Shown: in pieces, positions 19,574-28,704 of the stretch
Position numbering within the stretch: position 1 is the first letter of the stretch
Layout of the letters: each line of letters begins with the position of its first letter
Source of the DNA: Acidobacteriota bacterium
Lineage (GTDB): Bacteria; Acidobacteriota; UBA6911; RPQK01; JAJDTT01
Assembly (NCBI GenBank): GCA_965263035.1
Contig: OZ253580.1
Coordinates: 4,928,001-4,992,000, forward strand
Reading direction: 5' to 3'
DNA length: 64,000 nt
Made by a program: the position numbers and the translations under genes
The notes under the pieces: generated by a model
What the model saw: only the letters and a program-made list of their open reading frames with translations
Told to the model about the DNA's origin: nothing
Databases searched by the model: none

Positions 19574-19618
19574 TCTTGCTACCTTGGAGCCTGCGCCGCA
19601 GGCTCCAAGGTAGCAAGA
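19574..19618. repeat. perfect 45-bp palindrome (22-bp arms)
   Basis: TCTTGCTACCTTGGAGCCTGCG-C-CGCAGGCTCCAAGGTAGCAAGA. Confidence 0.95.
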
Positions 19619-19808
19619 AGAGACACCGGCTGATCTCTTTTGACACACCTGGCATCCAAGCAGAGGCCGGACGCGGATTTGACGGGTTCGGGCCAGCACA
19701 CGAAACCGGGTGAGCCCCATCGTCAGGTTGTCTCTCCGGCGGTCCTCCGGCTAAGATATGCGCTCACCTCGACGAAATGGTTTAGGTGAATCTTGGAGGT
19801 GGTTTCGA

Positions 19809-21386
19809 ATGATCCGGGCACTATGTCAACAGAATAGGGTTTATCTTCTTCTGCTCCTGTTACTGGTTTCGGTGAGTTGCTCCTCCAACGTCCGGCGGGA
19901 GATGGAGGATGCGGTGGCCGCCGGCGAGGCTTCCGATGTGGAAGACCTGATCGTGCAGGGCGCCGACCCCAACCGAGTCTATGGCGGCAAGTCCCTCCTG
20001 CTCCGAGCGGCCGAGCTAGGGCATACGGGCGCGACCCAGGCCCTGGTGGCCGGGGGCGCCGACATGGCCTGGACGGACTCGGACGGCAAGACGGCCCTGA
20101 TGCATGCCGTCGAGAAGGGGCACATCGAGGCCGTGGACGCCCTCCTGGGACTGGGAGGGCCGCTGAATGGCGAGAGCCGGCGAGGCGAGCGGCCGCTCGC
20201 TTTGGCAGCCGCCGAGGGACAGACGGCGATGGTGGATTTCCTTCTGCAGAAGGGGGCTGAGGTCGGGGCCAAGGACGCCGCAGGACGAACGGCCATAATG
20301 CGCGCCGCCGAAGGGGGGTATATGGCGGTGGTCCGGGCTTTGGAAGACGCCGGAGCCAACGTCAAGAAAACGGACAACTCGGGTCGGACTCCCCTCCTCT
20401 TCGCCTCAACCGGCGGTCATACCGAGATGGTCTCCGACTTTCTGTCCAAGGGTGCCGACGTCAATGCCTACACCAAGCTGGGTTGGACTCCTTTGATGGT
20501 GGCGTCCGGTGACGGGTATATGGAGGCCGCGAAGGTGCTGTTGGAGCAGGGAGCTCGTGTGGACTACAAGGACGCGGACAAGCGCACCGCCTTGCTCTGG
20601 GCGGCGGGTCGAGGGCAGACCGCCATGGTCGATCTGCTCGCGGATAAGGGCGCTCAGTTGGATGGCAAGGACGGCGATGGCCGAAACGGCGTCTGGCTCG
20701 CCGCGAGTAAGGGGCACGACGAGACGTTGGCGCTGTTGCTGGAGAGAGGCCGCAAGAAGTGGCCGCGGTCTCTTCGCTATTTCCGGGATGCCGGCGACAG
20801 GGGGGACCAGACCCCACTTATGGCGGCAGCGGAAGGAGGGCATGTCGGGAGCATGAACCTGCTCATCGACGCCGGTTCCAGAGTCAAAAGCCGCTCCCGC
20901 CGGACCGGCTGGACGCCCCTCCTCATCGCCGCCAACCAGGGACAGACCGAGGCGGCCAAGCTCTTGATGGCCAAGGGCGCCAATGTGAATGCCAAGACCA
21001 AGGATGGCCTTCCGTGTCTGATGCTGGCCATCAATGAAGGGCATGCCGACACGGTGGAGGCTCTGATCCAGGGTGGAGCCCGGGTCAACTTCCGTCTCAA
21101 CGCCGATTGGACCCCGTTGATGCATGCGGCCTCGGAGGGGGAGGCGGAAATGGTCCGTTCCCTGATGGCGGGTGGAGCCGACCTCGCGGCCACCAACTAC
21201 AATGGCTGGACCGCACTCATGCTGGCGGTCGCGGGGAAGGAAGCCGACGTGGTCCAGGTGTTGGTCGAGAACGGCGCCGACGTCAACGTCAAGGGAAATG
21301 ACGGCCGGAGCGCCCTGAAGCTGGCGGTTCAGCAGGGTTATAGCGCCATCGTGGGAATTCTGACCGAGGCCGGGGCCACGCAATAG
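19809..21386 (+). CDS. ankyrin repeat lipoprotein
   Basis: More than ten G.TPL..AA..G...V..LL..GA.VN repeats; hydrophobic stretch followed by VSC. Confidence 0.93.
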   Translation: MIRALCQQNRVYLLLLLLLVSVSCSSNVRREMEDAVAAGEASDVEDLIVQGADPNRVYGGKSLLLRAAELGHTGATQALVAGGADMAWTDSDGKTALMHAVEKGHIEAVDALLGLGGPLNGESRRGERPLALAAAEGQTAMVDFLLQKGAEVGAKDAAGRTAIMRAAEGGYMAVVRALEDAGANVKKTDNSGRTPLLFASTGGHTEMVSDFLSKGADVNAYTKLGWTPLMVASGDGYMEAAKVLLEQGARVDYKDADKRTALLWAAGRGQTAMVDLLADKGAQLDGKDGDGRNGVWLAASKGHDETLALLLERGRKKWPRSLRYFRDAGDRGDQTPLMAAAEGGHVGSMNLLIDAGSRVKSRSRRTGWTPLLIAANQGQTEAAKLLMAKGANVNAKTKDGLPCLMLAINEGHADTVEALIQGGARVNFRLNADWTPLMHAASEGEAEMVRSLMAGGADLAATNYNGWTALMLAVAGKEADVVQVLVENGADVNVKGNDGRSALKLAVQQGYSAIVGILTEAGATQ

Positions 21387-21426
21387 AGACAGCCGGGATT
21401 TGACCGGCAATGCGGCCGACGAAATT

Positions 21427-21536
21427 GGGGGCGCCCCCTGTGGGCGCCCTCCTTTGTTTTTGGAGGAGTCGGGACTGAAGAGGGGAGACTCGGTCCCCCT
21501 AACACCCCGAATCGGCGACTGACAAGTCGCCGATTC
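21427..21536. repeat. REP / REP-doublet-like palindromes
   Basis: GGGGGCGCCCCCTGTGGGCGCCCT and GAATCGGCGACTGACAAGTCGCCGATTC; doublet layout shared with 26142-26204. Confidence 0.65.
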
Positions 21537-21671
21537 CGATTTCTTTTGAAGCGACAAGTTTTACTATCAATAGCAAATAGTGAGCCAGAATTTACTATTG
21601 ATAGCGAAAAATTCGCCAAAGACCACAAGCTGACCGCAAAGCAAGAGTGACTTTGCGTCGCCCCTCCGGAA

Positions 21672-22730
21672 TCAGCTCGGATCCCGGAACGTCAGGACCC
21701 GCTTGGGATTCTCCACCAGGATCTGGTGGAGGGCCTTCTCGTCCACCCCCAGGTTCTTCAGCCGGGGCACTATGTTCTCCAGGATGTGACCGTACCCGTT
21801 CCCGCCGTAGGCGGCCAGGTCGCACTGGAAGCAGCAGTCCTGAGCCGCGGTGACGGACCCGGCGTAGCCGTCGGCCACCAGGGTGGCGATGATGTGGTTC
21901 CGGAGGTCGTCGGGCGGGTGCTGGCGGCCCGCGCCGGCGAAGTACATTTCCCGTCCGTAGGTGTCGAATCCCAGCATGCAGCCGGTGTCCGCCAGGCGTT
22001 TGTACCGGTCCAGGTCTTCGCGATAGCGGTTCTCGATGTGGCTCATGATGACCCGGTCGGGTTGCACTCCCTCTTCCTTCAGCAGCTCGATGAGGGAGAG
22101 GGGAGAGTCGGGATCATGTCCGGGATGGACCGAGATGGGAGCGCCGGTTTCCAGGTGCGCCCGGGCGCCCGCCCGGAAGGTCTTCTCCTCGTTGGGATGC
22201 AAGGGCCACGAGGCCCCCAGCTCGCCGATGAGGCCCGAGAGGACGTCAGTTCCGTGCCCGCCCCGGGTGAGGTCCCCCACGATCTCCTCCTGGATGTCGT
22301 CGATGGTCTTGGAATCCATGTCCGGGGGGTGGGAGGGATAGATGTAGTACCCGCTTCCGGCGATCACGTGCAGACCAGTTCGCTCGGAGATCCTCCTGAG
22401 ACCGGCCGGATTGGGCTCGATGCCGTTGATGGTGCAGTCCACCATGGCGCGTCCGCCCAGGTCCATGTAGAGCCGGACTTCCGAGGCGATGACGTCGTCG
22501 TCGTAGGACCGGAGGTTGGGCAGGGAAGTCATGGTGTTGTTTCGGACCCAGCCCAGAGTGGACAGGCTCAGCTCCCGGTCCGTGAGGCGTTTGCCCTTCT
22601 CGTCCTGAGGCGGCTGGTAGTAGCAGGTGAGGTCGAAATAAAGGTGCTCGTGAATCAGCGTCACCCCCAGGTCGTCCGGTTCGATGGGACCGGTCACCGT
22701 CTGAATCCTGCCTCGAAGCGCTTCGATCAT
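21672..22730 (-). CDS. phosphotriesterase-related amidohydrolase
   Basis: IQTVTGPI...LGVTLIHEHL, GLIGELG, ISVH, IMSH, FDTYG, QD, ENP.R. Confidence 0.9.
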   Translation of the reverse strand: MIEALRGRIQTVTGPIEPDDLGVTLIHEHLYFDLTCYYQPPQDEKGKRLTDRELSLSTLGWVRNNTMTSLPNLRSYDDDVIASEVRLYMDLGGRAMVDCTINGIEPNPAGLRRISERTGLHVIAGSGYYIYPSHPPDMDSKTIDDIQEEIVGDLTRGGHGTDVLSGLIGELGASWPLHPNEEKTFRAGARAHLETGAPISVHPGHDPDSPLSLIELLKEEGVQPDRVIMSHIENRYREDLDRYKRLADTGCMLGFDTYGREMYFAGAGRQHPPDDLRNHIIATLVADGYAGSVTAAQDCCFQCDLAAYGGNGYGHILENIVPRLKNLGVDEKALHQILVENPKRVLTFRDPS

Positions 22731-22808
22731 GCTGTTTTCTCCGGTTGTCTTGAAGTTGATTTCGGGATGGCGCCGCTCTGCTGTCGCCGGTTTCCCGATC
22801 CGTAGTTT

Positions 22809-23972
22809 CTAATTTCCAAATCTGACTCGGTGCAAACGTGCCGGGGTCCGGGCCAGGGCCTCGGTCTCGTCCTCTCCCACCAGGATCGTCTGGCTCAGGT
22901 TGACGCCGTACTCGCCGTATTTGCGGACCGACATGGGGAGGTGGAAGGTCATGCCGGCCTGCAGCGGTCTCGGATTGTCGGCGCGCATGAGGAAATCCAG
23001 CTCTTCGATCCAACTGGGCGGGTAGCCGATTCCCACCGGATAGCCGAAGTTGTAGTGGAAGACGTGGCCGGGAAGGACCGGCTCCAGAATCGCCAGGGCC
23101 GTGCGGGCCACGTGGTCGGCCGGGACGCCGGGCCGGGCCTCCTCCAGGATGCAGGCGAGCGCTGTGCGGCCGGCCGCTTCCACACGCTTCATGTCGTCGG
23201 TCGGCGATCCCAGAACCGCGGTGCGCATGAGGGGCGCCGTGTAGTGCCGCACTTCCGCCGTCAGCTCCAGGAAGACGGTCTGGCCCCGGCGTAGCGGCAG
23301 CCCCATGAAGGTGCTGTGGGCGCTGCCGGCCCGGTAGCCGGCGGCCACGATGGGTCCCCAGCAGACGGTGTCGCTGCCGTTGCCGTACATGGCCTCCATG
23401 ATGGCCGCAGCCACGTCCGAGTCCCGTTGCCCCTCCTTCATGGCGGCGTAGGCCGCCTCGACCCCGAGATCGGTGAGGATGGCCGCCTGGCGCATGCAGG
23501 CGATCTCGGACGGCGATTTGACCAGCCGGGAATCTTCCACCACACCGAAGGGATCCTGGATCCGCAGGTCGGACAATGCCGCTGCCAACGACTGATAGTG
23601 GTCCGGCGAAACCGCCCGGCTGCGCCGCTCCAGGCCCAGCGTCCTGACCTTCAGCCGGCGCACCGCTTCCAGCGTGGCCCGAAGCGGGTCTTCGTACGGT
23701 CCGTAGAACACTTGGCCGCGGTGCCAGCAGGAGTTCGCGGCACGAGCCTCCTCGAAGTGGGACGTGACCAGAATCGGGTCACCGCCGGCAGGGACCAGCA
23801 GGCACTGGTAGTCGGACAGGTTCTCCGTGTCCATCCCCGAGAGGTAGAAGACGTTGTGGGGGCTGAACAGGACCAGGGCGTCCAATGACCGGGAGGCCAT
23901 GGATCGATGGACCCGCTCCAGCCGGCGCCGGTACTCGGCGACCTCGAATGCGGGGTCTCTGGGGATGGGCAT
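22809..23972 (-). CDS. M24 family hydrolase, ectoine hydrolase DoeA/EutD- or creatinase-like
   Basis: F...EY.RRL, RLVKSPSEI, HYTAPLMRT, GYPVGIGYPPSW, GMTFH; canonical metal ligands absent. Confidence 0.8.
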   Translation of the reverse strand: MPIPRDPAFEVAEYRRRLERVHRSMASRSLDALVLFSPHNVFYLSGMDTENLSDYQCLLVPAGGDPILVTSHFEEARAANSCWHRGQVFYGPYEDPLRATLEAVRRLKVRTLGLERRSRAVSPDHYQSLAAALSDLRIQDPFGVVEDSRLVKSPSEIACMRQAAILTDLGVEAAYAAMKEGQRDSDVAAAIMEAMYGNGSDTVCWGPIVAAGYRAGSAHSTFMGLPLRRGQTVFLELTAEVRHYTAPLMRTAVLGSPTDDMKRVEAAGRTALACILEEARPGVPADHVARTALAILEPVLPGHVFHYNFGYPVGIGYPPSWIEELDFLMRADNPRPLQAGMTFHLPMSVRKYGEYGVNLSQTILVGEDETEALARTPARLHRVRFGN

Positions 23973-24000
23973 GTCCGTTTTCTCCTTCGGGATCGGGGGT

Positions 24001-24771
24001 TCAGTCTCCGCCGGAGTTCGATGCCACGCAGGCGGTTCCGCGGCGGAACAGGGAACCCATGGACTCGTCCACCTGGAAAGGTCCTCCGTCGACGAGCCGA
24101 AGAGCCTGCCAGAGCGTCACCTGGTTGGCCGTCAGGACCGGCTTGCCTCCGACGGCCGCCTCCAGGTCGGCGACCCAGCCGGCCGAGTGCATGGCGGTGT
24201 CCGGGACCACGATGGCTTCGGCCTCGGCGTGATCGTTGCCGCAGACGAACTGCGTGACCTGTTCCTTGTTCAACAGGGCCACCTCCACCCCGGTGACGAT
24301 GTCCAGGCAGTCCAGATGGACGGTCCGGACGCCGGCATCCGAGAGGAACCGCTTCAGCAGAAGCGTCACCTCCCGGGGATAGCTGGCCGCAACCGCCACC
24401 CGGCGGATGCCGAGGAAGTGGAGGGCCGAGACGAAGGCCAGGGAAGTGCTGGAGACGGGGACTCCCAGGAAGTCGGCAACCGGCCGGACCTGATCCCTGG
24501 CGCCCTCCAGACCGTAGACGAAACTGCCGCTGGTACAGGCCCACATGGCGGCGGCCACCCGTTTGGAAGCCAGATCCCGGGCACCGTCCAGGAGGCGCTT
24601 CACGTCCCCCGTGGCCAGGCAGGCGTCCTCCCGGTGGGCGTCCTCCGCGATGGTCGTGTGGACGACCTCCATCTGCACCTCGGGGCGGACCATGGGGGCC
24701 ATGCGGGGGTAGTCGTCTTCCGCCGAGTGAAAGGGATAGAGGATTCCGATGCGTGGGGTCTGATCAGTCAT
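24001..24771 (-). CDS. Asp/Glu racemase (maleate isomerase / EutA-like) family protein
   Basis: IGILYP.HSAEDDY, WACTSGSF, VPDTAMH, KPVLTANQ. Confidence 0.85.
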   Translation of the reverse strand: MTDQTPRIGILYPFHSAEDDYPRMAPMVRPEVQMEVVHTTIAEDAHREDACLATGDVKRLLDGARDLASKRVAAAMWACTSGSFVYGLEGARDQVRPVADFLGVPVSSTSLAFVSALHFLGIRRVAVAASYPREVTLLLKRFLSDAGVRTVHLDCLDIVTGVEVALLNKEQVTQFVCGNDHAEAEAIVVPDTAMHSAGWVADLEAAVGGKPVLTANQVTLWQALRLVDGGPFQVDESMGSLFRRGTACVASNSGGD

Positions 24772-26023
24772 GAGACTTGGCAGGGATTGTCTCCGTCCGG
24801 GCCGGCAGGCACAACACCAGCGTCAGCGCTAAAGCCGCCATGGCCAGGCCGAAGGCGAAGCTGGCGGGAAAGCCGAAGGCGTCGGCGAGGGCGCCGTGGA
24901 GCGCCGGTGCAAAGGAGCTGACGGGAAGCACCAGTGAAAGGAAGGCGTTGTTCCGGGCCGCCGCGGCCGCCGCGGAGACGCTGATGACGTAGTTGGGAAA
25001 GTAGGCACCCGCCAGTTCCCCTCCGCCCATGAAGGCGAAGGCCATCAGGAAGGCGTGTCCCGGGACCACCCAGGCCCAGAGGATGCCTGCGGCCGTCAGG
25101 AGCACCGTCGTCACCAGGGGCGCCCGGATCCCCCAGCGGATCATGATCACCCCCAGAGCGAAACCGGTGACGGCCTTGAATCCGAAGCGGAGGGCGTTCA
25201 TGTAACCGGCGTAGTCCTTGGGATCGGCTCCCAGGGCCTCCCGGCTATATAGGGAGAGGTTGGTGGTGGAATTCCAGGCCAGGAACAGGAACAGGTACGC
25301 GATCCAGATCAGGAAGAGGGTCCGGACCTGGAGATAGGACCGGAACGTGGTCTTCATGGTCTCGGCGAAGGGCGGCTTCTTCTCGGCGATCTCTACCAGG
25401 CGGAAGCGCGTGGCGAGAAAGGCGACCCCTCCCGTGCAGCCCGCGGCCATGAGGTAGAGAAGCCCGAAGTCTCGGGGATGGGAGAGGAAGGGAATTCCCC
25501 CGTCCAGAATGAACTGGGCCAGCAGGTTCCCCACCACCGCCAGGATGGGAGTGAAGGCGAAGGTCCATTTCAGGCAGCGGGCCCGGCCCTTCAGGCTCGT
25601 GCCCCGCCTCAGGCACTGGTACATGTAGACGATGGATGACGAGTCCGCCAGGCCCAGGACGAGCCCTTGGCCGATGACGACTCCCAAGCGGATCGAATCC
25701 GCCACCGGCAGGAACAGGGAGAGCGCCACCAGGACCAGGGAGGAGGAGGTCACCAGGTTGGCCGCCACCACGACGTTCCGCTCGAAGCGGTAGGCCAGGG
25801 TCCAGGAGAGGATGACCGGAAAGAAGAATCCCAGGAAGTAGGCCGAATTGGGCAGGTTGGATACGGTGGCGCCGGCTCCCAGCTTGTCGCAAAGAGCCGC
25901 CTGAACGATCCCCACGTAGACCACCGGAGAGGCGAAGTAGATGAGGAGATGAGAGATGGCGAAGACCCAGGAGTTGTGCCGGTCTATGTCCCGGGACACT
26001 GTCTCCGGATTCATGGTCTCCAC
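24764..26023 (-). CDS. MFS-like membrane transporter
   Basis: About 12 hydrophobic segments in two halves; stop overlaps the downstream gene start. Confidence 0.7.
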   Translation of the reverse strand: METMNPETVSRDIDRHNSWVFAISHLLIYFASPVVYVGIVQAALCDKLGAGATVSNLPNSAYFLGFFFPVILSWTLAYRFERNVVVAANLVTSSSLVLVALSLFLPVADSIRLGVVIGQGLVLGLADSSSIVYMYQCLRRGTSLKGRARCLKWTFAFTPILAVVGNLLAQFILDGGIPFLSHPRDFGLLYLMAAGCTGGVAFLATRFRLVEIAEKKPPFAETMKTTFRSYLQVRTLFLIWIAYLFLFLAWNSTTNLSLYSREALGADPKDYAGYMNALRFGFKAVTGFALGVIMIRWGIRAPLVTTVLLTAAGILWAWVVPGHAFLMAFAFMGGGELAGAYFPNYVISVSAAAAAARNNAFLSLVLPVSSFAPALHGALADAFGFPASFAFGLAMAALALTLVLCLPARTETIPAKSHD

Positions 26024-26141
26024 GATCGTCTGCTCCTCGTTTCCGCTCCGCGTGGGTCGAAGGGCCTATGCTAGACCATCACCCCGTCGTCGAACACCTC
26101 TACTTTTCTCACTGGAAACCACGGATTCCAGGGGGACGGCC

Positions 26142-26204
26142 GGAGGGGGGACTTCCAGTCCCTCCCAACGCCCCAAACGGCGGCAGGCAAGCCGCCGCTC
26201 CTAC
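26142..26204. repeat. REP-doublet-like palindrome (GTAG type on minus strand)
   Basis: GGAGGGGGGACTTCCAGTCCCTCC-aacgccccaaa-CGGCGGCAGGCAAGCCGCCGCTCCTAC. Confidence 0.6.
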
Positions 26205-26270
26205 CTTGACTTTTCCAGAGTCGGACCCAAGAATTCGGGCGGAAACCGATAACCTCGAGGAGGGTGTTTT

Positions 26271-27779
26271 ATGCGGAACCCGCATCGTCTACTGCTCTTG
26301 GCGCTGGCCTTGCTCCTGCTGCCGTCGTGCAATCCGGGCACGCCGGCGGAGCCGAGCCCGGTCCGGGAGATCGACTCCAGGGTGCAGCTCTTCGTGGACG
26401 ATCACCTGATCGACAGCAGCGACCGAGTGTGGCGGACCCTGACCGGGGCCTACAACACCCGTCCCCGCAAGGTGGCCGAGAACCCCATCATCAAGGCGGA
26501 CCGTCCCTGGGAAGGCTACCTGGTGCTGCAGCCGGGGAGCGTGATCTACGACGAAGAAGAGCAGATCTTCAAGATCTGGTACAACACCTTCGGGAAAAAG
26601 AGGAACACCGACATCCGCGAGTTCCTCTGCTACGCCACCTCCAAGGACGGAATTCATTGGGAGAAACCCAATCTGGGTGTGGTGGAGTTCCGCGGGTCCA
26701 AAGCCAACAACATCGTCCTCGAGTGGTGCAGTTGGAACCACGTGGTCCTCAAGGAGCCGGAAGACCCGGATCCCAACCGCCGTTACAAGCTGGCCTACTG
26801 GCAGTCCCATGATCGTCCGCGGCACGGCATTTGGGTCGCTTTCTCGCCCGACGGTCTGAACTGGACCGACTACGAGAACAACCCGGTGGTGCCCATCTGG
26901 GGTAGCGGCGACACCTTCGGCCTGATGCGGGATCCCGGCACGCAACAGTATTGGCTCTACCACAAGACCAGTCCCGGCGGACCGCGCAAGGTGTCGCGGC
27001 TGGTGAGCGACGACTTCATCCATTGGCGCGACAGCCGCTTCGTCCTGGAGCCGGACGAGTTCGACCCGCCCCACACGGAATTCTACGGGGTTTCGGCCTT
27101 TCCTTACGGCTCTCACTATCTGGGGTTGGTCTGGGTCTTCCATACCGACATCCAGACCATGGACGCCCAGTTGGCGTCCAGCCGGGACGGTGTGAACTGG
27201 GAGCGGTCCGTTTACCGGCGTCCCTTCATGGTGCTGGGCTACCAGGTCAATGGCTACGACGGGAGCAGCTTCGACAGCGGGATGGTGTTTCCCATCTCGA
27301 CGCCCGTGGTCCATGACGGAGAGGTCTGGATCTACTACTCCGGATTCGACAACCTCCACAACGCCCCCGCGGCCGAACACAAGGGACAGATCGGCCTGAT
27401 GAAGATCCGGCAGGACGGATGGGCCGCCCTGGATGCCACCGCGGAGGGTCACGTGACCACTCATCCGCTCCACTTCGAGGGGAGCACCCTGAAGGTCAAC
27501 GTGGAGTTGCTGGCGGGAGGCAAGGGAGGGGCGGACGCGCCCTGGAAGGACATCTTCAACGACGATCCGGACAACAACGGCTACTTGCGGGTCGAGCTTC
27601 AGGACCAAGCCGGCAAGACGATCCCGGGATTCGCCGCCGCCGATTCGAAGTTGAGTGAGGAAGAAGGCGTCTACCGGACGGTGAGTTGGGAAGGAGGAGA
27701 CCTGAGTGGTTTGACGGGTCCGACTCGGCTCAAGTTCGTCTACAGCCGCGCCCGGCTCTACTCCTTCCAGATCAAATAG
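26271..27779 (+). CDS. lipoprotein, uncharacterised beta-propeller glycoside hydrolase-like family
   Basis: LLPSC lipobox; QLFVDD.LI, DRPWEG, CYATSKDGIHWEKPNLG, SRDG..W, C-terminal ARLYSFQ. Confidence 0.78.
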   Translation: MRNPHRLLLLALALLLLPSCNPGTPAEPSPVREIDSRVQLFVDDHLIDSSDRVWRTLTGAYNTRPRKVAENPIIKADRPWEGYLVLQPGSVIYDEEEQIFKIWYNTFGKKRNTDIREFLCYATSKDGIHWEKPNLGVVEFRGSKANNIVLEWCSWNHVVLKEPEDPDPNRRYKLAYWQSHDRPRHGIWVAFSPDGLNWTDYENNPVVPIWGSGDTFGLMRDPGTQQYWLYHKTSPGGPRKVSRLVSDDFIHWRDSRFVLEPDEFDPPHTEFYGVSAFPYGSHYLGLVWVFHTDIQTMDAQLASSRDGVNWERSVYRRPFMVLGYQVNGYDGSSFDSGMVFPISTPVVHDGEVWIYYSGFDNLHNAPAAEHKGQIGLMKIRQDGWAALDATAEGHVTTHPLHFEGSTLKVNVELLAGGKGGADAPWKDIFNDDPDNNGYLRVELQDQAGKTIPGFAAADSKLSEEEGVYRTVSWEGGDLSGLTGPTRLKFVYSRARLYSFQIK

Positions 27780-27851
27780 CGGCGCTACGGCGCCGCATTC
27801 AGCCCTTTCCCGGCGGACGTCACCCAGCCGGCGGCGGAGCGGAGAAAAACG

Positions 27852-28406
27852 ATGACGCAACAATTCGCCACTCTGGATCGACTGCAGGAGGATCTGGATT
27901 CCATTCTGGCGGCTCCCCGCCAGGAGGGCAGGCTGGAGGCCATCACCGCCTGTCCGGCCACGAACCTCCGGAAGTCTTTGAGCGAAGCCCGGCTCTCACC
28001 TGAGGGGGGCCTGGAAGGGGACCGCTGGCAAAAGACCTGCTGGCGAAAACTTCCCGACGGCAGCCCCGATCCCAAGGTGCAGTTGACCCTCATCAATTCG
28101 CGCCTCCTTTCCCTCATCGCCGGCAGCCGCGATCGCTGGTCCCTGTCGGGAGACAATCTGGCGGTGGATATGAACCTCACCGCTGAGAATCTCCCCGTCG
28201 GCACCCGGTTCCGGATCGGCGAGGCGTTGGTGGAGGTCTCGGAGTTGCCGCACACGGGCTGCAAGAAATTCTCGAGCCGTTACGGCGTCGACGCCCTGAA
28301 GTTCGTCAACGGACCCGGTACGAAGGACCTCCGTCTGCGCGGATGCTACGTCTTCGTGGTGGAGGCGGGGCAGGTCCGCGTCGGCGACCCCATCCGGAAG
28401 CTGTAG
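27852..28406 (+). CDS. MOSC domain protein
   Basis: GGLEGDRW, GDNL.VD..L...NLPVGTR.RIG.A.VEVS..PHTGC.KF..RYG, LRLRG. Confidence 0.88.
   Translation: MTQQFATLDRLQEDLDSILAAPRQEGRLEAITACPATNLRKSLSEARLSPEGGLEGDRWQKTCWRKLPDGSPDPKVQLTLINSRLLSLIAGSRDRWSLSGDNLAVDMNLTAENLPVGTRFRIGEALVEVSELPHTGCKKFSSRYGVDALKFVNGPGTKDLRLRGCYVFVVEAGQVRVGDPIRKL
28207..28406 (+). repeat. direct repeat forming the 3' end of the intact MOSC gene (partner 55269-55468)
   Basis: 200 bp ungapped; roughly 21 mismatches by eye; both copies end at the same TAG stop. Confidence 0.95.
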
Positions 28407-28704
28407 TCCGAATCTCTCACCAGCGGGCGCGATGATCGCGCAGGATTTTCTTCCTCGGCGGTTGCTACGTTTGAGCGAGCACGTGCACGCTGGGGGCGAA
28501 AAGACCAGCGAGGGCGCGTCCAGTGCTGTCCGTCCCCGGAAGGCTGCCGTAAAATAACCGTAAGTGCCTGAAGAAACTGACGTTTTCTTCGGGCACTCAG
28601 CGACTGGGTGAGAAATTCGCGGTAGTGCGCTGCCCCCGAGGCTCACCGGCGGCTTGCGCAAGCATGGAAGGGGATTGAGGCGATGGAGGTCACCAAGAAT
28701 CGAC

